Shown here in pieces: positions 1 through 13,100 of a DNA stretch of 64,000 bases. The DNA is taken from positions 69,673-133,672 of IMG/VR virus record IMGVR_UViG_3300042295_001370; one strand, given 5' to 3'. Numbering within the stretch: position 1 is the stretch's first letter; each line of letters begins with the position of its first letter. The notes under the pieces are model-generated. The model made no database searches, was not told where the DNA came from, and saw only the letters and a list, made by a program, of their open reading frames with translations. This DNA is from a virus (taxonomy: Duplodnaviria > Heunggongvirae > Uroviricota > Caudoviricetes). The position numbers and the translations under genes were made by a program.

Positions 1-258
1 ACAAGAAGATTGTGACCATTGAATGCCTCAATTACCAAATTGGTATTGAAATCTTCGCTCCATAAGGTATAGTCCCGCAAGCTCACATCAATTGTGCACA
101 TAGGCACTTTCCAATAATGACTCAACATTTTGGCTGTAAGGAGGCCACCCCTAGTAATGCCAACAACAATCGAGGGCTGCCAACCTGACGCCTCTATATT
201 ATCGCAAAGACTGTAGGTAAGAACAGTAATATCATCAAAACTCAAATGTTTTTTATTC
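1..258 (-). CDS. phosphoribosyltransferase-like protein (partial; 3' end lies outside the window)
   Basis: Reverse-strand ATG at 258 opens a frame that runs off the left edge (MNKKHLSFDDITVLTYSLCDNIEASGWQPSIVVGITRGGLLTAKML...). The 'IVGITRGGL' PRPP-binding-loop-like motif and an N-terminal helix resemble type I PRTases such as xanthine/guanine PRT. The ORF track does not list it because it is incomplete. Confidence 0.45.
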
Positions 259-300
259 ATCACTTATTTTGTGGCAAGATTTTAGAGTGTCAAATCTTCT

Positions 301-308
301 CTAAATAA
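301..308 (+). promoter_or_regulatory. T4-late-promoter-like CTAAATAA element 5 nt upstream of the gp25-like start
   Basis: Sequence 'tctCTAAATAAgtattATG'. T4-like late promoters are TATAAATA-type -10 boxes; this is similarity only. Confidence 0.2.
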
Positions 309-313
309 GTATT

Positions 314-709
314 ATGGCAGTAGCACCCCGCACCCGATTGTTCATTGGTTATAGTTCAGTGGACACCAGTATCAAACAAACACAATACACTGATCTTGAT
401 CTTATCAAGAGAGATTTGGTTAATGCGTTTTATACAAGGAAACGCGAAAGAGTCATGCGCCCAGACTTTGGATCAATAATTTGGGACATGTTATTTGAAC
501 CCATGGTGGCTGACAACCTGCAGATGATTATTGACGACTGCTATCAAATAGTGGCAGCTGATGGTCGAGTTCAAATACGAGATATCAAACTTACTGAATA
601 TGACAATGGCCTGCAACTCCAGATGGATCTCTACTACCAACCGTTGGATATTGTGGAAGTTTTCCAAATTGATTTTGATCGCAGAAATGTTGAAACCACT
701 ATTATCTAA
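314..709 (+). CDS. baseplate wedge protein, gp25/GPW-like
   Basis: 131 aa. The size and the R..DL..L....G.R...P.FG pattern are typical of the T4 gp25 / phage GPW family. It sits immediately upstream of a large baseplate-J-like gene, as in T4-like phages. Confidence 0.55.
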   Translation: MAVAPRTRLFIGYSSVDTSIKQTQYTDLDLIKRDLVNAFYTRKRERVMRPDFGSIIWDMLFEPMVADNLQMIIDDCYQIVAADGRVQIRDIKLTEYDNGLQLQMDLYYQPLDIVEVFQIDFDRRNVETTII

Positions 710-777
710 ATCTTAAGTTATATGTGTGGTTAAAACTCGCTTAAATACGCAAGTAGATAAAACAGGGCACATATCGA

Positions 778-3700
778 ATGAGTCAAAGCCTCCGACAAAA
801 TAATTTATTCCTTGGACAAGATTGGCGTGTGCTGTATCAAGCCATGAGTCAGGTAAATTTTAATGCCTATGACTATGATACTATCCGCCAAGCTTTGATT
901 GATTACATCCGCTTGAATTATCCAGAAGATTTCAACGACTGGATTGAAAGCAGCGAATTTGTCGCAATAATTGAACTTTTGGCTTATTTGGCATCCAGTT
1001 TGGCATTCCGTTTGGATCTGAATATTCGGGAAAATTTCATCGATACTGCTACCCGACGTGACAGTATTTTTCGCCTTGCCAGGCTGATTTCCTACAACCC
1101 ACGACGCTGTATTGCTGCACAGGGTTTGGTTAAGTTAACTCAAGTAATCACTGATCAAAATATCTATGACTCCAATGGTTTCAATCTAGCCAATGTGCCT
1201 GTTATTTGGAATGATGCAAACAACCCTGATTGGTTTGAACAATTTATCTTGGTCTTAAATGCCAGCTTCAGCAAGGTCAATCCTTTTGGTCAGCCTGTAA
1301 AAAGCGGGGCAGTTAACGGACTCACTGTTGAGCGATATGACCTAGATAATACAGTGACCCGCACTCTTGCATTTCCCTTCACCGGAGTGGTGAACGGACA
1401 ACAAATGAATTTTGAGTTTGTCAATACTGATTTTGTCAACAGTGTAAGTGGTAGCATCACTGTGGGATCAGCTGGGTATTATAGGGAAAAGACTCCCAAT
1501 TATATACAGCCTTGGAGCGTATTGTATCGCAACGATGGCAATGGCAATGCCAGTCCTGATACAGGATTTTTTGGCTTGTTCAAACAAGGAACCCTATCAT
1601 TTACAGATTTTGTTCTGTCAGAGCCTTTGAGTAATCGTGTTCTTGATTTAACAGCCTTAAATGTAAATGAAAGTGATGTGTGGGTTGAAACAGTTGATGA
1701 CCAGGGCAATACACTGGTTGAATGGACCAAAGTACCTGCCTTGTTTGGCACAAATATAGCTTACAATTCCTTGAATCGATCTACTAGAGATATTTTTCAA
1801 GTTATTACACGCGACATAAGTGGCACAGACAGTATCAGTATCAAATTTAGTGACGGTAATTTTGGTAACATACCAGTTGGCCGGATACGGGTCTACTTCC
1901 GGACCAGTAACAATTTAACCTATACTATCTTACCACAAGATATATCCAGTGTTCCTTTGAGCCTGAGTTATTATCGCGATAACGATGGTACATCGCAAAA
2001 TCTGCTGCAAATGCAATTTGATTTACAAAGCAGTGTAGCCAACAGCCTGAGCAGGGAAAGCAATGCATTTATACGCGAACGTGCTCCAGCAGTGTTTTAT
2101 TCCCAAAACAGAATGGTCAATGGAGAGGATTACAACGTCTACCCTTTGATCAGCAGTCAAGCATTGAAGATCAAGAGTGTAAACCGTGTTTACAGTGGCC
2201 AAAGTCGTTACATTGATATAAATGATCCCACTAGCACTTATCAAAATTCAAAAGTGTTTTCAGACGATGGAATCTTGTTTGAAGAAGAACATGAAACCTA
2301 CATTGAAGTGCCCAACAGTTTAAATGTCAACAACACACAAATCCTTGACACCTACATTCAACCCTTGATTCAAGGCAGTGTTGATTCACGAAAAATCAAC
2401 ACCGATATGCGGGACTTTTATCTAGCCAAATATCCAAAACGCGGTGGTGGCAATATTCAATGGACAAACCAAAACCCCAGTAACACTGTATTTCCCAATG
2501 CTCACTTTTATACTCAAACAGTTGACTTTGTTTTGGCATTACCAGATACAACATATGGGATCCGGAAAGGCAGCTATTTGTTTTTTGCCAACGGAACCAG
2601 CAGCTATCTCGTGGACGAAGGCAACAGTGTCAGCAGTGCTGGTAATGCAATTATCAGTAGCTTTGTGCCCAATGGAACGATGCTAAGCAGTGTAATACCC
2701 AGTTTCAAAGACGTGCTCTTGAGTGCTGAAAAAGACGCAGTCAAAAATGCCTTGGATGAAAAACTTTCCTTCGGCATCAGTTATATCCAACTAACTGGCA
2801 TGTGGCAAATTATTTCCACCAGTAATTTGGCTGTTGACGCAGACTTCTCTCTTGCACAGCAAGGCAACACAGCTAATCAAAATTTAGATGCCAGTTGGCT
2901 TATTCAATTGAAGTATGTGCCTGGCTTTGGCTGGTACATCACCAGTCGTGGCCTGAAATATGTTTTTGAAAGTGTAAATGATGTAAGGTTTTATACAATC
3001 AACACCTCACCTGTAATCAGTAGTAATACAGGGTTAGCCAACCAGGATTTTGTTAAAATATTGCGTGTCAATACCAACTTAGCTACCAATCTCAGCTTTT
3101 CTCAAGACTGGTTTTGGCCTATTGCATCACAGCAATTGTATCCAGATGGCTATATTGAGCCCCGCAGAGTGCAAGTAAGGTTTCAAGACTCTAATTTTGA
3201 TGGCATTGTTGACAATCCTGATGAATTCAAAGTGATTGTAGACCCTGATCGAGAACAACAAATTGACCTTGATACAGGCCTAATAACTGGCAGCAGTTTT
3301 CCCTATGTTTTTTGGAAAACAACAGTAATAAATGGTTTTGATTATTTGACCCCCACAACTGTTGATAAGATATTCACCGATCTCATTTCCATGAGCACCA
3401 AATACCCACCAAACCCACTGAGTTGGAACGATGGCGAGGTAGCGTATGTTAGAGATCAAAAGCTGTTCTTCAAATACCAATTTAGTAACAACAGCTTAAT
3501 TGACGTAACACCGTCATACAAAGCCGCAGTGGGCCGTAATGATCTCAATTATTGTTGGCAACACTTTATAGACAAAGGCAAAAGAGTTGACCCTGCAATC
3601 ATGAACATAATCGACACATATGTTTTGACCAGCAGCTATGATACAGCTATGCGCAATTGGATTGCCAGAGGCAAAACCACAGACCCTATGCCTCAGCCAC

Positions 3701-4158
3701 CAGCACCTGAAGACTTGCGTATTACTTTCGCTGAATTTGACACATACAAAATGATGACTGATCAATTGATTTGGCATCCAGTCAAATACAAGCTGTTGTT
3801 TGGACAAAGTGCTGATCCTGAACTGCGAGTATCATTTAAGGTAGTTAAGAACTCTGGTGTAAGCATTACAGACAGTGAAATAAAAGCCCGGATTATTCGA
3901 GACATTGACAACTATTTCAGTATCGCTAACTGGGATTTTGGTCAAAGCTTCTTTTTCACTGAGCTTGCGGCATACATTCACCAACAAAATCCGGCTATCT
4001 TGAATTCCTTAGTGATTGTTCCACAAAACCAAAACAGTAGTTTTGGTGATTTATTTGAAATAAAATGTCAACCTGATGAAATTTTCATCAGCAGTGCCAG
4101 GGTCACTGACATTTTAATTGTTCCCAGCCTAAATCAAACTGAATTGAGATTGAAATGA
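778..4158 (+). CDS. baseplate wedge / baseplate-J (gp6-like) structural protein
   Basis: 1126 aa. The N-terminal region (DYDTIRQALIDYIRLNYPEDFNDW...SSEFVAIIELLAYLAS) resembles the baseplate-J / gp6 family, and the gene follows the gp25-like gene. Its stop codon overlaps the start of the next gene (ATGA). Confidence 0.4.
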   Translation: MSQSLRQNNLFLGQDWRVLYQAMSQVNFNAYDYDTIRQALIDYIRLNYPEDFNDWIESSEFVAIIELLAYLASSLAFRLDLNIRENFIDTATRRDSIFRLARLISYNPRRCIAAQGLVKLTQVITDQNIYDSNGFNLANVPVIWNDANNPDWFEQFILVLNASFSKVNPFGQPVKSGAVNGLTVERYDLDNTVTRTLAFPFTGVVNGQQMNFEFVNTDFVNSVSGSITVGSAGYYREKTPNYIQPWSVLYRNDGNGNASPDTGFFGLFKQGTLSFTDFVLSEPLSNRVLDLTALNVNESDVWVETVDDQGNTLVEWTKVPALFGTNIAYNSLNRSTRDIFQVITRDISGTDSISIKFSDGNFGNIPVGRIRVYFRTSNNLTYTILPQDISSVPLSLSYYRDNDGTSQNLLQMQFDLQSSVANSLSRESNAFIRERAPAVFYSQNRMVNGEDYNVYPLISSQALKIKSVNRVYSGQSRYIDINDPTSTYQNSKVFSDDGILFEEEHETYIEVPNSLNVNNTQILDTYIQPLIQGSVDSRKINTDMRDFYLAKYPKRGGGNIQWTNQNPSNTVFPNAHFYTQTVDFVLALPDTTYGIRKGSYLFFANGTSSYLVDEGNSVSSAGNAIISSFVPNGTMLSSVIPSFKDVLLSAEKDAVKNALDEKLSFGISYIQLTGMWQIISTSNLAVDADFSLAQQGNTANQNLDASWLIQLKYVPGFGWYITSRGLKYVFESVNDVRFYTINTSPVISSNTGLANQDFVKILRVNTNLATNLSFSQDWFWPIASQQLYPDGYIEPRRVQVRFQDSNFDGIVDNPDEFKVIVDPDREQQIDLDTGLITGSSFPYVFWKTTVINGFDYLTPTTVDKIFTDLISMSTKYPPNPLSWNDGEVAYVRDQKLFFKYQFSNNSLIDVTPSYKAAVGRNDLNYCWQHFIDKGKRVDPAIMNIIDTYVLTSSYDTAMRNWIARGKTTDPMPQPPAPEDLRITFAEFDTYKMMTDQLIWHPVKYKLLFGQSADPELRVSFKVVKNSGVSITDSEIKARIIRDIDNYFSIANWDFGQSFFFTELAAYIHQQNPAILNSLVIVPQNQNSSFGDLFEIKCQPDEIFISSARVTDILIVPSLNQTELRLK

Positions 4159-7100
4159 GCGATACAAAACGTAGAATAAGCGATCTGCTACCCGAGGTAT
4201 TACAAACCGATATCCTTCGTAAATTTTTCGCAGCCACAGCTGACCATTTGTTTCAACCTGAAAAAGTTGAATATTTGAACAACTATATTGGTCGAATGCC
4301 CAGTTGGTATAATCCCAAAAAGGATTTTTATGTCGTAGAGACCTCTAAATCCCGCCAAGATTATCAAGTTGAGGCAACAGCAATAAGCCGCAGCCAAGGC
4401 AGTGACACAGTTTCGCACATTTTGTTTTATGAAGATTTGTTGAACAAGTTGCGCAGTCAAGGTGCGTTGGTTAACGATCATAATCGCTTGTTTGAACAAG
4501 AATACTACAGCTTTGGTTTACCATGTGATGTGGACATGTGGTTGAATTTTCAAGAATATGTTTGGTTAAGTGATGGACCAGATACTATTACGCTATTGGA
4601 CATAACAGACCTAAGCTCTGTTAGTAATGAATCAGCATATGTATATGCTGGCACATACGCAATTGCCAATAATCCTTCATCTATAATAAATGGCGCCACA
4701 CACCCCCTTGTGTTTTCCACTGGGCTAAAAATCAAACCTACTCTTGACTTGGATATAGCTCTTAGAGATCGTGAGTTGATTATTGAAGGCGTGGGCAGAA
4801 AAATTTACTTTGTTGACGACACAGACAGCAGTATCAAGATACGCTGGGACAATCCCAAAGAATACGACAGCACTCCTTGGGACGGCGTTGATAAGTTGGT
4901 TACACCTGCGTATGTTGTTATGCATCGCGGCAGCAGTAACCAAAATCCCTGGAGTATCAGAAACCGTTGGTTCCATAGAGATGTATTGGTGCAAAGCCAA
5001 ACACTCTTGCAAGATGTTAACGCGCTAGTTGCCAAGTATCCTATCATATGTTTTGACAAAACCACTAAACTCTGGAATTTTGGCACTATTGGTAGAGGTA
5101 GGGTTACAGTAGTTGATAGCTTCACCACTGACTTAGGCAGTTTGATTGGACGAAGCCAAAGCAACAGCAATCCCTTATTGGTCGACGGCATAAGTCTTGA
5201 CGATGGCATGACAATTTTGTTCACCAACTTAGTAGACGGTCAAGCCAATAATCGAATTTATCGAGTTAGCGGATTGCGCAGCGATAACAAGCTGACCTTA
5301 CAATTATTGCCAAACCAGAGTGATGTTACAGGTGCGCCCAAAAACAATGACAGTCTGTATGTGGCCAGCGGAAATCCTCTTAACAGATTTTTTGACACTT
5401 ATTTGAGATTTCAAAGCAGCACGAACAGTTGGGTAAGTGCACAAAGCTGGAAACAAACTGTGGACAGTCAAAGTCCCTTATTTGAATTATTTGACATTGA
5501 CGGCAACAGTTTGAGTGATCCCAGCATTTATCCGCTCAGCAGCTTTAGTGGATCATCATTGTTCTCTTATGATCCAAGTCAACTGGCTGCAATAAACCAA
5601 GGCTCTTTGCTGGTTTCAGCAAATGAATTAACATTTGAAAACACATTGAGTCAAAACACTTGGACATACCAACCCAATAATTTAAGAGTAGACATCAGCG
5701 GATTCAAGTTTTGGCAAACTGTTGATCCTGTTACTACTCAACCAGTGTATCAAAACAATTGGTTCAAAAGCCCTGTGTTGAGTAGACAATATGTGGTGAA
5801 TCAATTTTATACACAAGAAAGTCAAAAAACATTCACATTGGATCAAGCACCTGGGACAGGTGCTCCTGGTCCTAGTGCAATAAATGTTGAAGTAAGCGGT
5901 GTATTGTTGACTCCTGATCAATACACTGTAAGTGGCAAAGTTTTGACTCTAGCAAACAGTGTGCAGCCCAATTCCAATGTAGTGGTAAAAACATGGCAAA
6001 ACATTACCAACATAGCAACAACTGGCTATTTTGAAATTCCTAAAAATCTTGAAGCCAATCCCAATAACCTTGAGGTCTCTACGATCACAAGGCAAAATAT
6101 CATCAATCATTTGATTACTGTTATTGGTAACCAATCAAATATTATTGGCAATATAATTGGTGCAAATAATTGGCGTGATACTGCACAAAACCAAAGTCTT
6201 GGAACCGTAATACTTCAACATCGTGCACCTTTGTTGAAAACCATGATTTTGAACAGCATAGCACAAACATCTGCTTTGACCAGCAGTAATGCATTGTTGG
6301 ATCCCATTGGTGTTATGCAATGGTCACAAAAAGAATATCTCCGCTTTTACAACAAATACATCAACAGTTTAGTTAACTTATTCAACAGTGGAGGCCTGAC
6401 TTTGGCCAATCCCATTAGTGAATGGCTAGATAAGGCATTGAAATCCATAAATGTCGGCAAAACACTTAGCAGTCCTTGGGCAATGAGCGGCTTTGACGGC
6501 GTTCCTGGCCGATATTGCAGTGAAAAGTCAATAACACCCACATTTGTCCCAGCAAGCGCAGCCCGGCTGGGAGTCACCCCCAGTTTTGTGCCAACAGCAT
6601 TTTTTGATGTCACCCAGCCCAACAGTCCCTTGAGTCTCCGATGCCACAATGGTGCAGTTGTTGTATTACAAGATTTTAACGGTGCTGACTTGGGAACAAT
6701 AGCTGACCAGCAATCAAGCACCGTTGATCCTCAACTGTTGACGCATCCTGTGGCTAGAGCTTGGATGCAATTGGAAGTAAATTTGTTCAACTCTCTGCCA
6801 GCCAGCTACAGAAATCCTGACAGTGTGCAAAAGCTTGATATCAAAACGATATTTTCTGGCAAGTGGAGAACCACAAACTACTCTTACAAAGATCAGTTAA
6901 CAATGTTGTATCCAGTTTTTGAACGTTGGTTAACAACAAATCAGTTGGATGCATTTAAGAACACAACCTACAAAATAGATGATCCCTTTAGTTGGAATTA
7001 CAGCAGTTGCACTGATCAAGAAAACAACCCAGTGCCTGGTCATTGGCGCGGTATCTATTTTCTCTTTTTTGATACTGATCGCCCCAACTCTTGCCCTTGG

Positions 7101-10100
7101 GAAATGTTGGGCTTCAGTCAGCAACCACTTTGGTGGAATGCAGAATATGGTGCCGCACCTTACACCAGTGGCAACACCCAATTGTGGTATGATTTAAGAG
7201 ATGGCAGGATACGCCAAGGACAACGACAGGGAATTGATCCGGCGTATGCTCGTCCTGGGTTGATGCAATATTTGCCAGTGGACGAATTTGGGCAACTGTT
7301 GCCTCCTGGTCCAGCTCGCATAGTCACCACATTGCCTAGCGAAATTGAAGCCCGGGCCGATTGGAAATTTGGGGACCGCGGTCCTTTGGAAAATGTCTGG
7401 CTTACAGCAGTTGACAGTGACCAAATTTGGGCGCAGATAGGATATCTGGCCAAGCCAGCGCAATTTATTGAATACCTCTGGGACGGCCCACGGGCCCAAC
7501 AGATTTTTGCCACACAAACCAACAGTCAATGGGTTTGGAAGGATTACAGGAAAAGAATCAGCAACAGTGACATTTTTGTTCATCGTGAAGATCCACAAAA
7601 TGTAACAACCTTAAGCAGTGACTTAAGCTATTATGGATCATGCGGCATTCAACACTGGATAAGTGAGTATTTGATAAATGACAGTCGTTCCGTCACAGAA
7701 TATTTTGGTAATGTTATCCGCAACAGTGATGTAACTCTAGGATACAGAGCTGGAGGATTTATTGATGGCACAAGTGTTAAGCTTTTGGTTGACAGCTTTG
7801 GTCTAAGCTCCAACGACAGTTTGTTGATCCCCCAAGAAGATGTGACCAACAATCTCATACGCAGTGCCAGCTTAAAAGAGTTCTTCTATAGCGGCGTAAT
7901 TGTGGAATATAGAGGATCTGAGGGTTACCGAGTCATTGGATACGACAGCTATGATCCCAACTTTTATGTAATTCCCAGTAACCTTACTGGTCCAAAAACA
8001 ACAGTGATTGTAGACAAAATCAAGGTTATTGAATACAAGCTGGGGTTGCCATCTGTTAAAAAAGTGCCGTATGGTACCATTTTGCCTACACAGCAAGATG
8101 TATTTGACTTTTTGGTAAGCTTGGGGCGTTGGCAAGTCAGCCAAGGTTGGATTTTTGATGAATATTCCAGCACCACTGGCCAATTGCAAGATTGGAGCCT
8201 GAGCGGCCGAGAGTTCTTGTTCTGGAGTCAAGGACCTTGGGCAGCAGGCAATTACATTGCCTTGAGTCCTTTGGCACTCAAAACAAAATTTGTCACAAGT
8301 TTTGGAACTATTCAAAACATCGGCGGCATAGTAAATGGCAGCTACACGATTTTAGATCGTGGCGGACGACCAATTCAAGTCCAAAATATAGATTTCTTGC
8401 GCATTGATGATCAAGTTTCAGTAAGACCTTTGAATGATCAAGGCATTTTTGGCATTAGACTCTACACTACTGGCCTTGAACATGCACTCCTGTTCCAAAA
8501 CAAAACAATTTTTGGCGATATTGTGTATGACCCACTGTTTGACGTAAGACAAAGCCGATTCAAGATACAGACTTACAAGAGCATGGACTGGGCAGGCCGT
8601 CTTGAGGCGCCTGGTTATCTAGTAACACAAACCACATCTACCATTGGTGATCGGATAATTGTCAATAACCAGATCTTAGCTAACTTTGAAAAAACTGTTG
8701 ACGATATTCGCAAGTTATACAACATAGATGTGCCAACTCCCTACAATTACAGCGACAGCACAGGGATGCATACAAATGCCACCAGCGCACTGTCGCAAGC
8801 CTTGCCTAAAAGATATAACATGTTGGCTACTCACTTAGTGGGCTATCAACAACGCGAATATTTGACCAATCTCCTTGTGGATGAAACCACACAGTTTCAA
8901 TTTTATCAAGGCATGATCAAACAAAAAGGCACAAAAGGCACTATTGATAGTTTGTTGCGAAACACTCAACTGGTTGATGCCAATGAAAGCTTTAGCTACT
9001 ACGAAGAGTACGCTTTCCGTTTGGGTACTTATGGCAGCAACGAACTTATTCACGGCATTGACGTGCTGCTACTGCAAACTGAAGTGAGAAGTAATCCGCA
9101 GTTGGTTGAGTTTTTCTCTGGCTCTATTGAAGATTTGGCTTATGACGACACAATTACAATAACCCCCAAAGACAGTAGAGTCTTGTATAAAAGTGAGGCA
9201 ACGCCAAACTTCTCATTGAGAAGCCACTACGGTTCAGCCCCAGGGGATTTGCCAAACAGCGGATACGTGTTATTTTCCGAGGCCACTTATTATGTCAAAG
9301 ATCAAGCAGAGTTGTTTAGTCTCTCTCAAACTCTTGAAACTAAAAATACTCCCTTGCAGGCACATGACAGAGTTTGGCAATTTATTGACACTGCTATTGG
9401 ATGGAACATTTACAAAGTATGCCGGCCAGCCTGGCAAATTCAACAAACTACTCCTGTAACATTGAATCAAACAACAATATCAACCAGCTTGCCTCACAAT
9501 CTGCAAAATGGCAACATCCTTGTATTGAGCGGAGTTACAGGGGTAAATGGTAGACTGGATGGTACTTTTTCAGTTTTCAATGTCACTAGGAATACTTTTG
9601 ATGTGCAGGCAACCACCTCTGCTACTGGTGCCAATGGACAAGTGTTACAATACTGGAGTATAAGATTTCCCACATATGCTGCATTCAATAACGCAACCCC
9701 TCCTGGTGGTTGGACACAAAGAGATTTTGCCTATGTTGATGGTAATCAAGATGAACCTTGGAAAGTCTATCAAAAATATGGTGTCTGGTTTGAATATCGC
9801 AGAGAAGACAAGAAAGTTGACACCAGCCTATTATTGACCAGCACACTTTATAACAAAACAACATTACAAACACTAGCTCATTTGAATATTTGGGACCCCA
9901 GCAAAGGTGCATTGCCAGGGCTTGTAAATGAGGAAGTAACATATCGCACACACTGGGATCCAGCGAGCTATAATGCTGGAGATTCAAGATTGTATCAAGT
10001 TGACCCCTCTACAGCGTGGGGCCCAAACCAAGTGGGGCAAACTTGGTGGGATTTAAGCACAACAAGGTTTATTGATTATGAAATTGGAACAGACAGCTAC

Positions 10101-13100
10101 CGCCGGAGACATTGGGGACAAATTGCTCCAGGAATCAGCATTGACATTTATGAATGGATACGAAGCCTTGTGCCTCCTTCATCTTGGGCAGGCGCTGTTA
10201 CAGCGGGCAACTCAGCAGCCACAGGGGGAGATCAAACCCCTACAGGATCAGTAAAAGGTGCTGATTATCCCTACGTGTTGGCAAGTGAGCGTAATGAAAG
10301 CGGCCAATACACAAATGCCTATTACTTTTGGGTAAAAAACAAAACCACAGTGCCCAACGTGCCAGATCGCAAGATAAGTGTTGCATCTTTGAGTCAAATT
10401 GTTGAAAGTCCACAAACACAAAACCAAAGCTGGTGGGCCGCAATCAGCAGCACAGGCGCATTGTTAGCAAACATTGGCAGTTTCTTGGATGAAAACAACA
10501 CTGTCTGGCAAGTGAATTATACAAGTAGAGAAAATGTAGATAAAATCTACAAAGAGTGGACATTGTTGAGACCCAACGATCCTTTGAGCACACCTACACT
10601 AGATTTGTGGAGCAAAATGTGTGATAGTCTTGTGGAATTCAACAACGTAGGCAACAGTGTTCCCAATTTGCGACTGCCTGAAATGAGCAAGTATGGCATG
10701 CTGACACGACCTTCACAAAGTTGGTTCAAGGATGGTATTACTGCTAGGAGAGCTTTTGTTAAAAAAATCAACAGCCTCCTTAGCAGCAGCAGTGTGCCGC
10801 CATTGGATGACCCTGACAGGCTTGGCTGGTTACAGTATTTTCAGAGCGTAGAGCCACAGCCTCTCCAAAAAAATACCAAAGCCAATGCTCGAGTGGCAAC
10901 CACAACTGCTCTAGACACTGTTTACTATCCTGGGGAAAATGGCAAGGGTGCTACCTTAACCTATAATGGCTCATCTTATAGTGCATTGGTTGTTGATGGT
11001 ATAACAGTAAATTTGGGAGACCGAATAATTGTTAAAAATCAAAATCCAGTTACTCTTACCAGCTCTATTGTCACACAAACACCTAATCAAAATGGAATTT
11101 ATGATGTAGTGGACATTGGCTCGCTCAACAATCCATGGATCTTGATGAGGTCTGCAGATTTTGACAGCATAGATGACAACCTAATAGATGCACAAGTGTT
11201 GGTTTTGGAAGGTGCATCACAGCTATTGCCAACAACCTATATTCAAAACAACAAGAACATTTTGAAATTGGGAATTGATCCCCTAGAGTGGCAAATTGTA
11301 CGGCCAGTAAAAGGCATATTGCCCTGCAATTGGGATTATTACGTAGCTACTTTGGCGGCAAGAGATGCTTTGATTCCCAGCCTAATACCTGGTAACAAAG
11401 TTTTGGTAGATGTAAGTGCTGCCACCAACAACCGCTGGACCATTTGGCTTTATCAAGGACAAAACCAGTTTTCATTAGAGCGTATGCAAGCATGGGACAC
11501 TAACCAAGTTTGGTACTTGGTAGATTGGTATGCCAGCGGCATCAGTGCCGACACCCTGATTGGGGCTACTGTTGCCACTTTGGCTGACCGTGACACTCTT
11601 GTGGTTGACTCTGGAACTTTGGTCAAAGTGTTGAATACAGGCAATGGCCGTTGGAATCTTTTTGAATACACGCCTGATTCTGAAACCTTATGGACCGTAG
11701 TAGGTGTACAAAACGGCAATCTACAACTCAGTGACAATCTCTATGACTACGAAAAGTACAGCATGGGCTTCAGTGGAGGAAGTTATGCAGTTGATTATCA
11801 AGGTTGGGAGTATGATACACGCCTAGAATTGAGCTATATTTTGCAGGGATTGTGGCCTGAAAACAACAAAGCTGTGGGACTTTTGAAAGTTGACAGTGAT
11901 GTAAATGAACGTAACATGGTATTTTTTGAGCTAGTGAGCCATGTGCTGGCTGAACAAAATTTCGTAGATTGGTGTTTCAAAACAAGCTTTATCAATTTGA
12001 AAGGTTTCAGCCAACAACTCTTGAGTTCAGCCTATTATGACCCAAGTAAAATAGACAGCTTGGAAAAATATATTCAAGAGGTTAAACCCTACCACGTTGT
12101 CATACGCCAATTTGTGGATTACAGAGTGGTCTCGGACTATTGGGAAAGCAACAGCAGCGATTTGGATAACCCTCCCTATATTGACCTGAACAATAATGTT
12201 TCAATCTTGAATGTCAGTAACCCAGTTGATCTTGCGATTTTGTCCGGAGATACCATATACAAGCCGTGGTACGACAACTACAAAGCCAGCAGTGGTGCAT
12301 TGATTGAAACAGTGACCTTAACTGGTAACGGATCAACCAAATCTCTTCAACTAAGCACTAGCACCAAACCTGAAAATGTTTTGGTATACTGGAATAGCAA
12401 GCTTTCTCAAGCTTGGAATTTGCGTCCTGGAGACAACTCAATAATTGATTTGGTCTTTGTGCCTAACACTAACGATGTTGTGCAGGCGTATGTATACGCA
12501 TCTAGCTATCTTGAGCGTAAGACATTTATTGGTGACGGCATTTCTCAAATAGTAAGCATGACAAATCCCATAACTTGGCAATTTACACAAGTTCGATGGA
12601 ACAACTTATTAACTAATGATTATGAGATAAATTTAGACGACAGCACTCTCGTTGAACTCAACTTCACACCAGGTGTTGGAGATATTGTTACTGTGACTGT
12701 ATTTGATATAGCAAACCTCAGTGTACGCAGCACAAGGACAAAAATTGTGTTGGACCGACTGGCGTGTGTGCCCGCAGAAGACTATTACAGTCCTGGATAC
12801 AGCGAGAATACTGTGCCAAATAGGTTTATTGACACTATCGAAGAAATGAAAGCTCTGACAAACTTGCCTAATGGAGAAATAATCAAAGTAATTTACGACA
12901 ACATTGGGCTTTGGAGTTTGTTTGTGTTCAATCAAGGCATATTTGAATTGGTTGGATATCAACTGGATAACGGAGCAGCAGACAGAATTCAACAGTTGTA
13001 TCAGCCCACTCCTAGCATGCCTCCTCCAAATGATCCCTTACTGATCAGTGGATGTGCTCCCAAAGGAACAGTGTTGGATGGTTTGGATTTCAATCTAAAT